From NCBI GenBank assembly GCA_026398175.1, contig JAPLTJ010000140.1, forward strand, positions 1-54,633: a DNA stretch of 54,633 nucleotides, read 5' to 3'. The notes beneath the pieces were generated by a model. It was given only the letters and a program-made list of their open reading frames with translations, ran no database searches and was not told the DNA's origin. This document shows, in pieces, positions 9,072-19,651 of the stretch (position 1 is its first letter; every line of letters starts with the position of its first letter). Source of the stretch: Verrucomicrobiia bacterium (GTDB taxonomy: Bacteria; Verrucomicrobiota; Verrucomicrobiia; Chthoniobacterales; UBA6821). A program made the translations under genes and the position numbers.

Positions 9072-11327
9072 CTACATCAACGACTGCGGATCGACATCGA
9101 TGGTCGTGATGATGCCACTTGGAAAGGAAGTCTTTTCCAGAACAGATCGAAGAGCAGTGCCCATTTTTTTGGCAGAGCTACCTTTAAGAGCGATATGAAA
9201 ACGATATTGCCCATGGGCTCGCTCTAAGGGCGCTGGCACAGCCTCTCCGACTGCCACTTCTGGAGGTAATGTTTGGCGAATTTTCTTCTGAAGAGCTGCT
9301 GCAAAAAAAGATGCACGCTCTTGAATTTTTCCACGCACTTGAACCAAGATCATCCGTTGGAATGGCGGATAGCCAAACTGTTTTCGTAACGCAATCTCTT
9401 GGTCAAAAAATCCATGATAGTCGTGATGGCGTGCAAATTGAATCGAAGGACTCACTGGCGTGTAGGTCTGAATCATGACCTCGCCTTCGCGATCTCCGCG
9501 GCCAGCGCGGCCAGCGACTTGAGTCAAAAGCTGAAATGTTCGTTCTCCGGCCCGGAAGTCAGGAGCATGTAAACTCGTATCGGCATTGATAATTCCTACT
9601 AGCGTCACATTGGGAAAATCGAGACCCTTCGCGATCATCTGCGTTCCAATTAAAATATCGATCTGCCGACTCCGAAAGCGGTCCAATGTTTTTTGAAAAA
9701 TTCCTTTTCCTTTCATCGTATCGGTATCCATGCGGGCCAGACGCGCTGCTGGAAAGGCCTGCTGAATGGCCGCCTCGACACGCTGCGTTCCCATGCCGCG
9801 TTGCAAAATTCCAGGATCGCGACACTCGGGACAAACCGTCGGTAATTTTTTCGTAACGCCACAAAGATGACAAACCAACGTATTGCTCGTGCGATGAAAG
9901 GTCAGCGCCAAACTGCAGTGAGGACATTCGCAGACGTGGCCACATTGCTGACAGAGGAGCGAACTGGCAAAGCCGCGTCGATTGAGAAAAAGAATCACCT
10001 GCTCTCCCAGCTCCAATCGAGCTGTAATTGCCTGACGCAGCGGAAAAGAGAGAACACCATCGGCCTGTTTGCCCCGCACTTGCAAACGAAGATCGAGCAC
10101 GCGTACGAGCGGCATCTTTTGATGATCGGCACGCAGTGGCAATTCGAGCAAGCGATACTTAGCACCTGGGTTCTGCGTGTTGTAAAAACTTTCCATCGAG
10201 GGCGTCGCACTCCCCAAGACGATGGGGCATTTTTCTAAATGAGCCCGCATCACCGCAACATCGCGAGCATGATAGCGCGGTGACTCTTCCTGCTTGTAGC
10301 TTCCTTCGTGTTCTTCATCGACAATGATGAGACCGAGATTTTGCAAGGGAGCAAAGACAGCACTGCGCGCTCCAATGGCAATCCGTGCCTCTCCTCGATG
10401 CAAGCGCAACCATTCTTCATGACGCTCTCCTTCGGAAAGATGACTGTGCAACACTGCAATAAGGCGTGTCCCCATCGTTGTTTCAAAACGACTTCGAAAA
10501 CGTTCGACTGTCTGTGGAGTGAGTGCAATCTCGGGAACCAGCACCAGCGCTGATTTGCCGAGAGCCAACGCTCGTTCAATCGCGCGCAAATAGACTTCAG
10601 TTTTTCCACTCCCGGTAACTCCATGCAAGAGGAAAGGAAGAGAAGAAGATTTTTTTTCGCTTATGGAATCCAATTCTTCATAAAGAACCTGAATTACTTT
10701 TTCTTGATCGCTATTCAATGTTGGCGGCGGAGAAGAAAGAACTTTTTCTCCAGCAAAAGGATCGCGAGCACAAACTTCTTCTTCGATCAGAATCCATCCT
10801 GCTTTAGCCAATGCTGTCATGGAAGAGGCACTAACGCCAATTTGCTCCAAGAGAGCAGTGAGTGGAATTTTTTCGTTCGCTTTTAAAAGCGCCTCTATAA
10901 TTTTTTGTTGCTGTGGTGCTCGTCGCTGCAACCCCTCCCACTCAACACCGGAGGCTTGTTTGATCAAAGAAACAACACGTCGTATTTTCTTAGCAATGGA
11001 ATCGTCTCGAATCGTTCCAGGAAGAAACGAGCGCAAGACCGTATGCAATGGCGTTACATAATAATTGGCCATCCAGCGAGCTAACTCCAAAAGGCAAAGG
11101 GAAAGCAATGGCGCCTCTTCCGAAACCAATAGCCTGGAGATAGTTTTCACATGAGGAAAAGCGCTTGTTGCTTGCAATTCCAACACCGTTCCAAAAACTT
11201 CTTTGTTCCGCAGCGGCACGGCCACACGCCCTCCCACAGCGACTTTGCCGCGGTATTCTTCAGGAATAGAATAATCGAGAATCGTTCCTTCCGTGCGATC
11301 GATGAGAATGCGGGCGATGGAAGACAT
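9072..11327 (-). CDS. priA: Primosomal protein N'
   Basis: HGVTGSGKTEVY, DEEH, four CxxC pairs, QVAGRAGR. Confidence 0.97.
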   Translation of the reverse strand: MSSIARILIDRTEGTILDYSIPEEYRGKVAVGGRVAVPLRNKEVFGTVLELQATSAFPHVKTISRLLVSEEAPLLSLCLLELARWMANYYVTPLHTVLRSFLPGTIRDDSIAKKIRRVVSLIKQASGVEWEGLQRRAPQQQKIIEALLKANEKIPLTALLEQIGVSASSMTALAKAGWILIEEEVCARDPFAGEKVLSSPPPTLNSDQEKVIQVLYEELDSISEKKSSSLPFLLHGVTGSGKTEVYLRAIERALALGKSALVLVPEIALTPQTVERFRSRFETTMGTRLIAVLHSHLSEGERHEEWLRLHRGEARIAIGARSAVFAPLQNLGLIIVDEEHEGSYKQEESPRYHARDVAVMRAHLEKCPIVLGSATPSMESFYNTQNPGAKYRLLELPLRADHQKMPLVRVLDLRLQVRGKQADGVLSFPLRQAITARLELGEQVILFLNRRGFASSLLCQQCGHVCECPHCSLALTFHRTSNTLVCHLCGVTKKLPTVCPECRDPGILQRGMGTQRVEAAIQQAFPAARLARMDTDTMKGKGIFQKTLDRFRSRQIDILIGTQMIAKGLDFPNVTLVGIINADTSLHAPDFRAGERTFQLLTQVAGRAGRGDREGEVMIQTYTPVSPSIQFARHHDYHGFFDQEIALRKQFGYPPFQRMILVQVRGKIQERASFFAAALQKKIRQTLPPEVAVGEAVPAPLERAHGQYRFHIALKGSSAKKMGTALRSVLEKTSFPSGIITTIDVDPQSLM

Positions 11328-11369
11328 GCCTATAGGCTACAGGCTACAGACTGCAGGCTACAGAAAAAT

Positions 11370-12080
11370 TCACTCCAACGGACTGCCTGCCACAACACTT
11401 CCAATCACACGACTATTGTTAAGCTGCTGCGGCAAGAGGATGACTCCATCTCCACCGCGATGGATGATGACACAGCCTTGATTGCCGTACGGCTTGACAG
11501 CGGGATCGAGCGTGATCGTAGTATTGGCGGCGCTCCCATGAACGGTGGCATTACGCGTGATCAAAAAAATCGCATCGCTCTCGCTGTTTTCTTGCACAGG
11601 ATAAACTTTGAAGGCTGTTTCTCGCGCGGCCGTCGGCAGAGTTGCAACCTGGACCCCAGGCGCTGAAGAGAGTTTACAAAACTCATTGGTCGAAGCATAT
11701 CCGGAACAGAGCGCTGTCGCCCAGATCGAAAAACTCGGCACAGCCCCATCTCCAGGCCATCCGGAGCCGGTAGAGCCAGCAATCGTTGCATCCATGGCCA
11801 TGGATTGCGTCGCCATATAAAGTTGGTTGCCATTGCTTAATGTCTGTGTCATTTGCCCTTTGGTAAGCACTTTTAAAATATTTGGTAACGCCAATGAAGT
11901 GAGGAGAGCAATGATGGCGACGACGACAAGGAGCTCGATGAGGGTGAAGCCATCGCTACGCGATGGCTTCGCCGCCTTCGCGGGGACAAGGTTGCAGAAG
12001 TAGTTCTTAGTTGGTAGTTCGTAGTTATTAACTTGGCGATTCATCAGAAAAGTAAAAAATAAGGCATTCCAAAAATTCAA
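11370..12080 (-). CDS. Prepilin-type N-terminal methylation domain protein
   Basis: G|FTLIELLVVVAII class III signal peptide. Start uncertain. Confidence 0.85.
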   Translation of the reverse strand: MNFWNALFFTFLMNRQVNNYELPTKNYFCNLVPAKAAKPSRSDGFTLIELLVVVAIIALLTSLALPNILKVLTKGQMTQTLSNGNQLYMATQSMAMDATIAGSTGSGWPGDGAVPSFSIWATALCSGYASTNEFCKLSSAPGVQVATLPTAARETAFKVYPVQENSESDAIFLITRNATVHGSAANTTITLDPAVKPYGNQGCVIIHRGGDGVILLPQQLNNSRVIGSVVAGSPLE

Positions 12081-12427
12081 ACTATTGCTAGCGCATTTCG
12101 AATTTTTTTTGCCTCTTCGGTCGTGAATCGCGTATGGCGCCTTAACTTACTTGCTAAGGTGTGTTTGTTAATTCCGCTGAGGCGTGCCAGCTTCGAAATG
12201 TTTAATAAAGGAGCAAGGCGTGTGATTTCTTCTGCCGCTATATCAGGCTCAGGAATGGGATCATCATGACGCTTGGCTGATTCTAACCATAGCTCCATAG
12301 CTTCACGAATATTTAGCGCAGCACTTTCATAGCTATGACCATGGGCAACGCAGCCAGGCAAAGAGGGGACTTCCGCGATATAAGCTTTATCTTCATCGCT
12401 CCAATAAATTTTTGTGAGGTATTTCAT
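12077..12427 (-). CDS. hicB: HicB-family antitoxin with C-terminal HTH
   Basis: YWSDEDKAYIAEVPSLPGCVAHG...EAMELWLE; overlaps the hicA stop. Confidence 0.88.
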   Translation of the reverse strand: MKYLTKIYWSDEDKAYIAEVPSLPGCVAHGHSYESAALNIREAMELWLESAKRHDDPIPEPDIAAEEITRLAPLLNISKLARLSGINKHTLASKLRRHTRFTTEEAKKIRNALAIV

Positions 12428-12657
12428 GGATTTAATAAATTTCGAATTTGCCGAATATAAACTGACTTTAAATCACTCCCGTGGCACGGAAGGACCATCT
12501 TTCGACCATCACTATGTCGAAAGATTTGGTGGCTTCCCTTGCCTCCATCTAAAATAAATCCTTCTCTCTTTAAAACATAAACGGCTTCCTGAAAACTGAT
12601 ATTGTTATCTGATTGGCCGCTTAAAATTTTCGCGAGAGTTTTTTCAGATTTGCTCAT
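12424..12657 (-). CDS. hicA: HicA-family toxin
   Basis: MSKSEKTLAKIL...GF...GKGSHQIFRH...K.VYIRQI; ATG at 12657. Confidence 0.88.
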   Translation of the reverse strand: MSKSEKTLAKILSGQSDNNISFQEAVYVLKREGFILDGGKGSHQIFRHSDGRKMVLPCHGSDLKSVYIRQIRNLLNP

Positions 12658-12713
12658 TTGAAATAATGGAGATAACAACCTGAACAAAAATTCGTGCATC
12701 GTCAATAGATTTT

Positions 12714-15023
12714 CTATGCCATTTTTAAATACAATGTACTTAACGGTGGAAGATCTATCACAATGGAGTTCCAAAAGCGATGAGAATGTTGGTGGTCAGC
12801 ATCGATAGTCGGCGGAAGATACGCCCCACTCCCACCAAAACAACCTGCATCGCTATTGAAAATAATTTCGTATTTTCCATCATGAGGCACACCGAGACGA
12901 TAGTTGTAGCGCACCACCGGCGTGGCATTGACGACGACGATGATGCCGGAACCACCAGGAGATTTTCGCAGAAAACTCCAAATACTATTTTCCGCATCAT
13001 TAAAATCAATCCATTCAAATCCTGCCCCCTCGTCATCGAGCAGCCAAAAGGCAGGCTCTTGACGGTAGAGCTTGTTGAGTTCTTTGACGAGAAGCTGCAT
13101 CCCATGATGTGGTGCGTACTGGAGCAAGTGCCAATCGAGGCTTTGGTCATGATTCCATTCGCGCCACTGAGCGATCTCACCTCCTTGGAAAAGTAATTTT
13201 TTTCCGGGATGTCCCCACATCCAGGCAAAGAAGAAACGCAGGTTGGCGAATTTTTGCCAATCATCCTCCGGCATTTTATTGAGGAGCGATCCTTTGCCGT
13301 GCGTTACTTCATCATGACTCAAAACCAGGATGAAATGTTCGTGGTAGGCGTAGAGCATCGAGAAGGTGATGTCTCCTTGATGATATTTGCGATGAATGGG
13401 CGGACGACTGATGTACTGCAGCGAATCATTCATCCATCCCATGTTCCACTTAAAACCAAAACCAAGCCCCCCATCGTACGTCGGCTTAGAAACAGCCGGC
13501 CACGCCGTCGACTCTTCTGCAATCATCATGATTCCAGGATGCCGCTCATAGCAGATTTCGTTGCAGCTTTTAACAAAATCGACCGCCTCTAAGTTCTCGC
13601 GACCTCCAAAGATATTCGGCGTCCACTCTCCCTCCTTACGGGAATAGTCAAGGTAGAGCATCGAGGCCACCGCATCGACTCGCAATCCATCGATGTGATA
13701 TTCTGAAAACCAATAGAGCGCATTCGCGATGAGAAAATTCCGAACCTCATGCCGCGCGTAGTTAAAAATGAGCGTTCCCCAATCGCGATGCTCGGCGCGG
13801 TTGGGATCTTCATGTTCGTAGAGCGCCGTTCCATCAAATTGCCGCAACCCATGAGCATCGCGAGGGAAGTGGCCTGGCACCCAATCGAGGATGACGCCGA
13901 TTCCAGCTTGATGAAAACGGTCGACGAGCTGACGGAAATCATCTGGCTTTCCAAAACGACTGCTAGGCGCAAAAAAGTTAACGACTTGATATCCCCATGA
14001 CCCTTCAAACGGATGCTCCATCACAGGCATGAGCTCGACGTGCGTGAATCCCATTTCTTTCACATAGCTCACCAACTGATCGGCAAGCTCCAGATAGCTA
14101 AGAGGACGATTGTTTTCTTCCGGCACACATCGCCACGAACCAAGATGAACTTCGTAAATGGACATCGGCTTGTGATATCGATCTTGAGAGGCTCGCGAGG
14201 TCATCCAGTCCTGATCACTCCATTGATAACGACCGAGATCATAAACCATGCAGGCCGTGCGCAAGTCATGCTGCGCGAAAACTCCATACGGATCGGTTTT
14301 TAAAAAAAGGTCGCCGTGTGGCCCTCGAATTTCAAATTTGTAGTGAACTCCTTCAGCCACTTCCGGAATAAAAATTTCCCAGACGCCGGACGAGCCGAGA
14401 CGCCGCATCAAATGAAAGCGGCCATCCCAATTGTTAAAATCGCCAACCACGCTCACGCGCTGCGCGTTGGGAGCCCAGACCGCAAACCCAGTCCCAGCGA
14501 CCCCTGCAACCGTACGAGGATGAGCCCCGAGATGCTTGTAACTTTCCCAATCGCGTCCCTCCGCATGAAGATAGAGATCGAGATCGCTGATTTGCGGATC
14601 AAAGGCATACGGATCGTGCAACCGCCTGGTGCCTTGCTCCGTCGTGATTTCTAGCACATAGGAGTCAGTCCCATAGTTCATTAATTTTGGTGCCAGTCCA
14701 TTAGATTTGGGGTCTGACCCTAAATATAACGATCTATGGGACTGACCCCTAATTGGAATAATCAACTCGAACAACCCTCGCTCTTCGACGCAGGGAAGAT
14801 CAAACTCTCCCCACGACGCAATCCATTTCACTTTTTGCGCTCCAGGAGACCAAACCCGGAGAATCGCTTCCGAGGCCGACACCGGACAGAATCCCAAAAT
14901 CCGATGCGGATCGCTATGCCTCAGCTCGAGCAGCGGATAGAGATCGGTGTCGGGAAGGAGAGATCGTAGGTTTGGTAGATTGGTTTTCATGCGCTTGAAG
15001 TCGGCATAAAATCTGCCGAGCAA
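12714..15023 (-). CDS. glgB: 1,4-alpha-glucan branching enzyme
   Basis: FAVWAPNA, YEVHLGSW, SWGYQ, LDWVPGHFP, GLRVDAVASMLY, SHDEV. Probable ATG at 14990. Confidence 0.97.
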   Translation of the reverse strand: MLGRFYADFKRMKTNLPNLRSLLPDTDLYPLLELRHSDPHRILGFCPVSASEAILRVWSPGAQKVKWIASWGEFDLPCVEERGLFELIIPIRGQSHRSLYLGSDPKSNGLAPKLMNYGTDSYVLEITTEQGTRRLHDPYAFDPQISDLDLYLHAEGRDWESYKHLGAHPRTVAGVAGTGFAVWAPNAQRVSVVGDFNNWDGRFHLMRRLGSSGVWEIFIPEVAEGVHYKFEIRGPHGDLFLKTDPYGVFAQHDLRTACMVYDLGRYQWSDQDWMTSRASQDRYHKPMSIYEVHLGSWRCVPEENNRPLSYLELADQLVSYVKEMGFTHVELMPVMEHPFEGSWGYQVVNFFAPSSRFGKPDDFRQLVDRFHQAGIGVILDWVPGHFPRDAHGLRQFDGTALYEHEDPNRAEHRDWGTLIFNYARHEVRNFLIANALYWFSEYHIDGLRVDAVASMLYLDYSRKEGEWTPNIFGGRENLEAVDFVKSCNEICYERHPGIMMIAEESTAWPAVSKPTYDGGLGFGFKWNMGWMNDSLQYISRPPIHRKYHQGDITFSMLYAYHEHFILVLSHDEVTHGKGSLLNKMPEDDWQKFANLRFFFAWMWGHPGKKLLFQGGEIAQWREWNHDQSLDWHLLQYAPHHGMQLLVKELNKLYRQEPAFWLLDDEGAGFEWIDFNDAENSIWSFLRKSPGGSGIIVVVNATPVVRYNYRLGVPHDGKYEIIFNSDAGCFGGSGAYLPPTIDADHQHSHRFWNSIVIDLPPLSTLYLKMA
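14661..14749. mobile_element. REP-like palindromic element inside glgB
   Basis: IR GGAGTCAGTCCCATAG / CTATGGGACTGACCCC; shares sequence blocks with the intergenic copy at 23696-23746. Confidence 0.85.
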
Positions 15024-15104
15024 GGCGATGGTATTAACGCAAAAAATTAAATAGTGCTAGCTTTTAAACAGAGCTCTTTGTTTTACTTAAACGCTCATCA
15101 TATC

Positions 15105-15524
15105 ATGGCAAGTGAAATAGCAACAGTAGTTCAAAATTTTGGCTCCACCATTGGCTTGGTGGCTGATCTTGATTTATCGAAGAATGGAACGATTCGACTC
15201 AACCTTACAGAAGATTTTGGAATCGATTTTGAAGAAGATCCTAATGGAAAAACGGTTTGGATTTATTGCGATCTCTTTCCAGGAGCTGATAAGACCCAGC
15301 AGGAAGTCCTGTTTCAATTGTTGCGCTTGATGTTTACTCATCATAGGACCTCCGATGCCCACCTCACGATCGATCCCAAGGGATTTTCCATCATGCTTGT
15401 GAGTTCGTTTTCTTGTAATAGCACAACCGCAGAGACTCTCCCCCCTGTAGAACGACTCGATGAGCATCTCAAAAACTTTGTCGCACTTGTCGAAGCGCTT
15501 CGTACTGCAGCTAACGAGAAATAA
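15105..15524 (+). CDS. CesT/Tir-family class I T3SS chaperone
   Basis: ~140 aa, acidic; 'VVQNFG..IGL..LDL..NG.IRL...FGIDFE' start and C-terminal amphipathic 'LKNFVALVE' helix; lies upstream of a large orphan. Confidence 0.7.
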   Translation: MASEIATVVQNFGSTIGLVADLDLSKNGTIRLNLTEDFGIDFEEDPNGKTVWIYCDLFPGADKTQQEVLFQLLRLMFTHHRTSDAHLTIDPKGFSIMLVSSFSCNSTTAETLPPVERLDEHLKNFVALVEALRTAANEK

Positions 15525-15564
15525 AATTCCAACTGAGCTTTTAAACATTTAACTTTTTATTGTT

Positions 15565-18300
15565 ATGTTTGCATTCAACCTATTCGGCAGGCAATCATCG
15601 GCTACAGCCAAACTTAAAACTGCTGACGATCCGCCCACCCAAGCAACTAACCAAAAAGCTGCGTCTGATGACAGTTTGAACCGCCGCTTCCCTGGTATGA
15701 GGGTGCTCGCCTCCTCCATTAGAAGTCTCACTGCTGTCATCGCTTCAGCAGCTGATAGTGCTATTCAAGGTTTTTTTTTGTTAGCATATCGCCCTTTTAG
15801 TACAAGAATTGATGATCTAACAGCCACTCGAGTAGACCTGGCCCCAGATGCTAAAAAGCTATTTGAGAAGGGGGACATAAGAGAAACAGCTTCTATAGAA
15901 GGGGTCTCTCAAAAATATAAACGACAGGATGATGAATCAGCTGGCCCAAGTCAAACGCAAACCGTCCTAACAACTGAGATGAAAAGCACCGCTGAGATGA
16001 AGATGATGATTGATCATGATATGAACTATCATGAAAGATTGATGCCTTTAGCATGCGCGCAATTTTTTGGAGAAAAGGATAGGGGGAAATTATTAGAACA
16101 GGGATTGTACAAACCAAGCACACAACGAAAATATTTAGAACAAGGACTTGAAGAAATTGGAAAGGGAATTGCAAAATATGAAAAGCTAGAAGCCGAACTT
16201 ACTCCTATGGAGGGCCTATCAGAGGAAACGCGTTCGGCGTTAAGAACCGCTACAAATCAACTTTCCGAAGAGATCGGCAGGTATAAGAACCAATTTACTG
16301 CTTTGGAGGAGCAGTTAAAAGATCCTTCTCTAGCTCAAGCTCATCGCTCGGCAATCAATGCTACGTTGAATCTTCTCACATCACAACTTGAAGTAGCGGA
16401 GGCAAGATACGCTGCCCTGCTTCCTTATGCCAAGACAGATGAAGAGCTGAGCGGTTCAGGAGTTCCGCTTAATATAAGTGACCTAAAAGAAATGATTCAA
16501 ACACAAAAAGCTGCTCTGATTGAAAAGCAAACCTCTTTTCAGGAGTATAAAACATGGCCTCCCTACCAGTTAGCAGCTGTTGCTAAAGCAGACGCCTTGA
16601 TTATCTCGAAGAGGAGAACTCTTTTCAGTTGCCAAACAGAGCTTAAACAAACAAGTAAAACATTGGATGATTTGCAGAAAAAGTTACAAGAAGAATTAAA
16701 GGAGCTCGATAAGTCATCCCTAACGCCAGGCTATGTTGACTTGCGTTCTCTCATTAAGAAGGAAAAAGAACTTGTTGAAATCCAAGAAAAAATAGGCCCG
16801 CTTCAACAGAAAAAAAGCAACCTATGCAGCGAAGAAAAAGGCCTCCGCGCTGATCTTAATACAATTCAAAGTGAGGTACGAAAGCTTACCGACAACGCTC
16901 GTGGGGCGGGATGGGATCAACCAAGCTGTCAAGCAATACTGAATTCTGTTAATAAAAAGGATCCAGAATCGATTCAGTTTGATCGAATCCACGTTAAAGT
17001 GAATGGAAAAATTCTTCCTTTAAAAGGCTCACAATCTGAGGAGAACTTTCAAATTTTTAAAGTAGCTCTTCTAGAATTAACTTCGTCAAAAAAGCCTCCG
17101 CTTGAGATCTCTGATGACCAAATCAAAGAAATGATCACGCTTTGTAGTTGTGAAAAAACAGCTGAAGGGTTTCCTGCTGGCAGTGCGGGATCTGGTGATA
17201 ATTTGCCCGCATTTGGGGTAAAGGAGCCTCTTGTTCCTGGAGAAATTGATTGTTATGAGATTGTCATCCCAGATGATGAACCCAGTTCGATTGATTTTCA
17301 GCTTCGTTCAGGAAGAGCACTCTTACCAAATATTCAATATCAAGGGGGCTCTCAAGATAAAGAACAAGAGCAGCTCATTCTCCTTCGCCATAAAGATGGA
17401 GGTGCTCCTCCCGACGATTTTCAGCAGTTCGAACGATCATGTAGTTTTACCTATCGTTACACCCCAAAGACCATGAGAGATGGAGAAGCCCTCAATATGG
17501 AACATGGCAATCTAGGTTTGATTAAATCTCAACAAGCATTTTGGCCGATATCGTCTACAGAAATTCGTAGACTTACCGCCCCATTGCCCGACCCCATCTA
17601 ACAGCAATTTGCCACAACTCTCAATGATCCGAAGACACGCGCATCATCAGAAACGGCGATTGAACTTCATGAATGGGACTCAAAAAAAGGAAATGTTGTT
17701 GCGCAGGATGAAAAACTTCCTGCTATTTCAAAACAGCTTTACCATGATATGGATCGTTTTAAGTTCTCTCTGCTATCTGAAAGAGGAGAACTCACTCCTC
17801 TCTATGATCGCAGTACAAACGAGAGAAGCCAAGTTCTGCGAACAACAGAATGGGAGGCCATGATTGAAACAGAAAAGGAGACTGCTGCTAAAAAATTCGT
17901 CGCTTTTGTGGGGGATGACGCCAAAGCCCTCGCCATTTCTAAGGTTATGAACCAACAATTGATTTTTGCGACGCTCACAAGGGTGACGAAAACTACTGAC
18001 GGTCCTTTGCAATTACTAAATCATGGCGGCGGCGAGCCTATTGGACCGGTGTCCATTGCTTATACCTTGTTAAAATCTCCAGAAGACAATCTTATCATTC
18101 GTGTTAACACTCAACAAAAGCCGCGATTTTTCCTTCCTGCAGGAAAGACTGATCAAATAGAACTCGACTCTCAAAAAAGTTTTGTCAACTTCTATTACGA
18201 TCTCACCTGTCATTTCGATGCTGAGGGCAATCTGTCCATCATGCCAGGGCCGATTAATTGTAACTACCACCTTGAACAAGGAAGTAACGGACTCGGTTAG
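15565..18300 (+). pseudogene. Putative T3SS effector with coiled coil, split by one in-frame TAA (17599-17601)
   Basis: ORFs 15565-17601 and 17749-18300 share a frame and 17602-17748 has no stop. Disordered N-terminus; adjacent chaperone. Confidence 0.65.
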
Positions 18301-19379
18301 TCTAAATGGTGAAGCATCCTAACTAAAGCCGCCCTCACAGCATCCATCGGGATCAGAGCCATCTCCTTTTCATGACTTGCAGGCACGACTTCCGGCCGTG
18401 GCAGCTCCACGATTTCATGGCCGGGAGAAAAATCTAACGGTCCGCAGACCGCAGCGGGGCTCTCATAATGCAAAAGGGCGAGGGTGGGACAGCCGATGGC
18501 AAAACCGAGGTGCATCACGCCGGTATCGGTGCTGACGAGGAGTGTTGCGCCATCGAGGAGTGAAGCCGTTTCTTCGAGGGTTGTTTGCTCCACAAGGTTA
18601 ATAACGTTCGGGCAAGCTGCTGCAATGGCTTGACCAGCCTCACGATTGTCGTGACCGCCTGTTAAAATCACGCGGTGCGGGTAATGTGCCTCAATCCATT
18701 GGATTGCCTCAACATACCTTTCAATGGGCCAGTCACGCCAAGCCCGCGTTTTTCCTCCTCCTGTCTGCATGACGAGGTAAGGCTTTGCGAGTAATTGAGG
18801 AAACCGTTGCCGCAATGCGATCACTTCTTCCGGTTTCACTTGATAGATCATTCCTTTCACCGGAACACCCCCTGCTCGCTCTGCTACTTTTAATCCTGTC
18901 TTCACGATGTGCGGCTCGTTGCGCGTCATGACAGGATGCGAGAGGAGAAAAGCCATCGCGCGACATTCCTCTTGAGAACCGACGAAGGCCCGTCGATTGA
19001 GCAGGTACCCCAGCGGAACGGCTTCTGCATTGAGATGCAGCCCGATCACGAGATCGGGACGCTGGCGCCAGAAGCGCTTCAACAGGCGCAGCTGAGACAG
19101 GGGAGATTTACTCAGTGGAATAATCTCGTCAACATGGGGATGGTGAGAGACCACGGACCTGCGCCGATGATGGGAACAAACGATGATCTTTGCTGCTGGA
19201 TAAGCTCGATGCAGGCTTTCTATCGCAGCAGAATCGGCAAGGGCATCTCCAATCCCCGTACTGCTAAAAATTAAAATGGAGTGCGGATCTGCAGGGAGCG
19301 GTTTTCCTTCCGCTGGAAAAAATAAAACAACCCCTCGATAAAACCATCTATTTAAAAATTGAGTGATGTCGTTCCACAT
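18297..19379 (-). CDS. GT9 (heptosyltransferase-like) glycosyltransferase
   Basis: GIGD, R.WP, STDTGVMHL motifs. Confidence 0.9.
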   Translation of the reverse strand: MWNDITQFLNRWFYRGVVLFFPAEGKPLPADPHSILIFSSTGIGDALADSAAIESLHRAYPAAKIIVCSHHRRRSVVSHHPHVDEIIPLSKSPLSQLRLLKRFWRQRPDLVIGLHLNAEAVPLGYLLNRRAFVGSQEECRAMAFLLSHPVMTRNEPHIVKTGLKVAERAGGVPVKGMIYQVKPEEVIALRQRFPQLLAKPYLVMQTGGGKTRAWRDWPIERYVEAIQWIEAHYPHRVILTGGHDNREAGQAIAAACPNVINLVEQTTLEETASLLDGATLLVSTDTGVMHLGFAIGCPTLALLHYESPAAVCGPLDFSPGHEIVELPRPEVVPASHEKEMALIPMDAVRAALVRMLHHLD

Positions 19380-19387
19380 GGGAAAAA

Positions 19388-19515
19388 AGTTGCCAGTTGT
19401 CAGTTGATTTTTAGCTCGTCAGTTAATTTTCAACAAACCTCTCTTCCGGACGAGTGACACAATGCTAGCGACAAATATTTTGGTATCGATCTTAATTTTC
19501 TGACAACTGACAACT
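19388..19515. repeat. Element with inverted heptamer arms (AGTTGTC / CTGACAA)
   Basis: AGTTGCCAGTTGTCAGTTG ... CTGACAACTGACAACT. Confidence 0.7.
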
Positions 19516-19532
19516 TCTTCCGCCCTTCCCCC

Positions 19533-19560
19533 TTGACGGTGGCGACTTTTGACGTATGTT
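19533..19560 (+). promoter_or_regulatory. Possible sigma70 promoter for the hydrolase pair
   Basis: TTGACG-16 nt-TATGTT about 90 nt upstream of ATG 19652. Confidence 0.4.
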
Positions 19561-19651
19561 ACTTAGAGCATCCACGAGAGAGCACCGTATATTTTATTTT
19601 TGTAGCTGTCCGCATCAGTCATAATAAGTCCCTTTTTTAATTAAAAAAGAT

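Noticed and set aside
17609-17863. Alternative-frame ORF bridging the effector halves
   Set aside because: The main frame is already open across this stretch.
19561-19651. Riboswitch in the hydrolase leader
   Set aside because: GAGCATCC..GAGAG is only vaguely SAM-like, with no supportable structure. An Rfam search would be needed.
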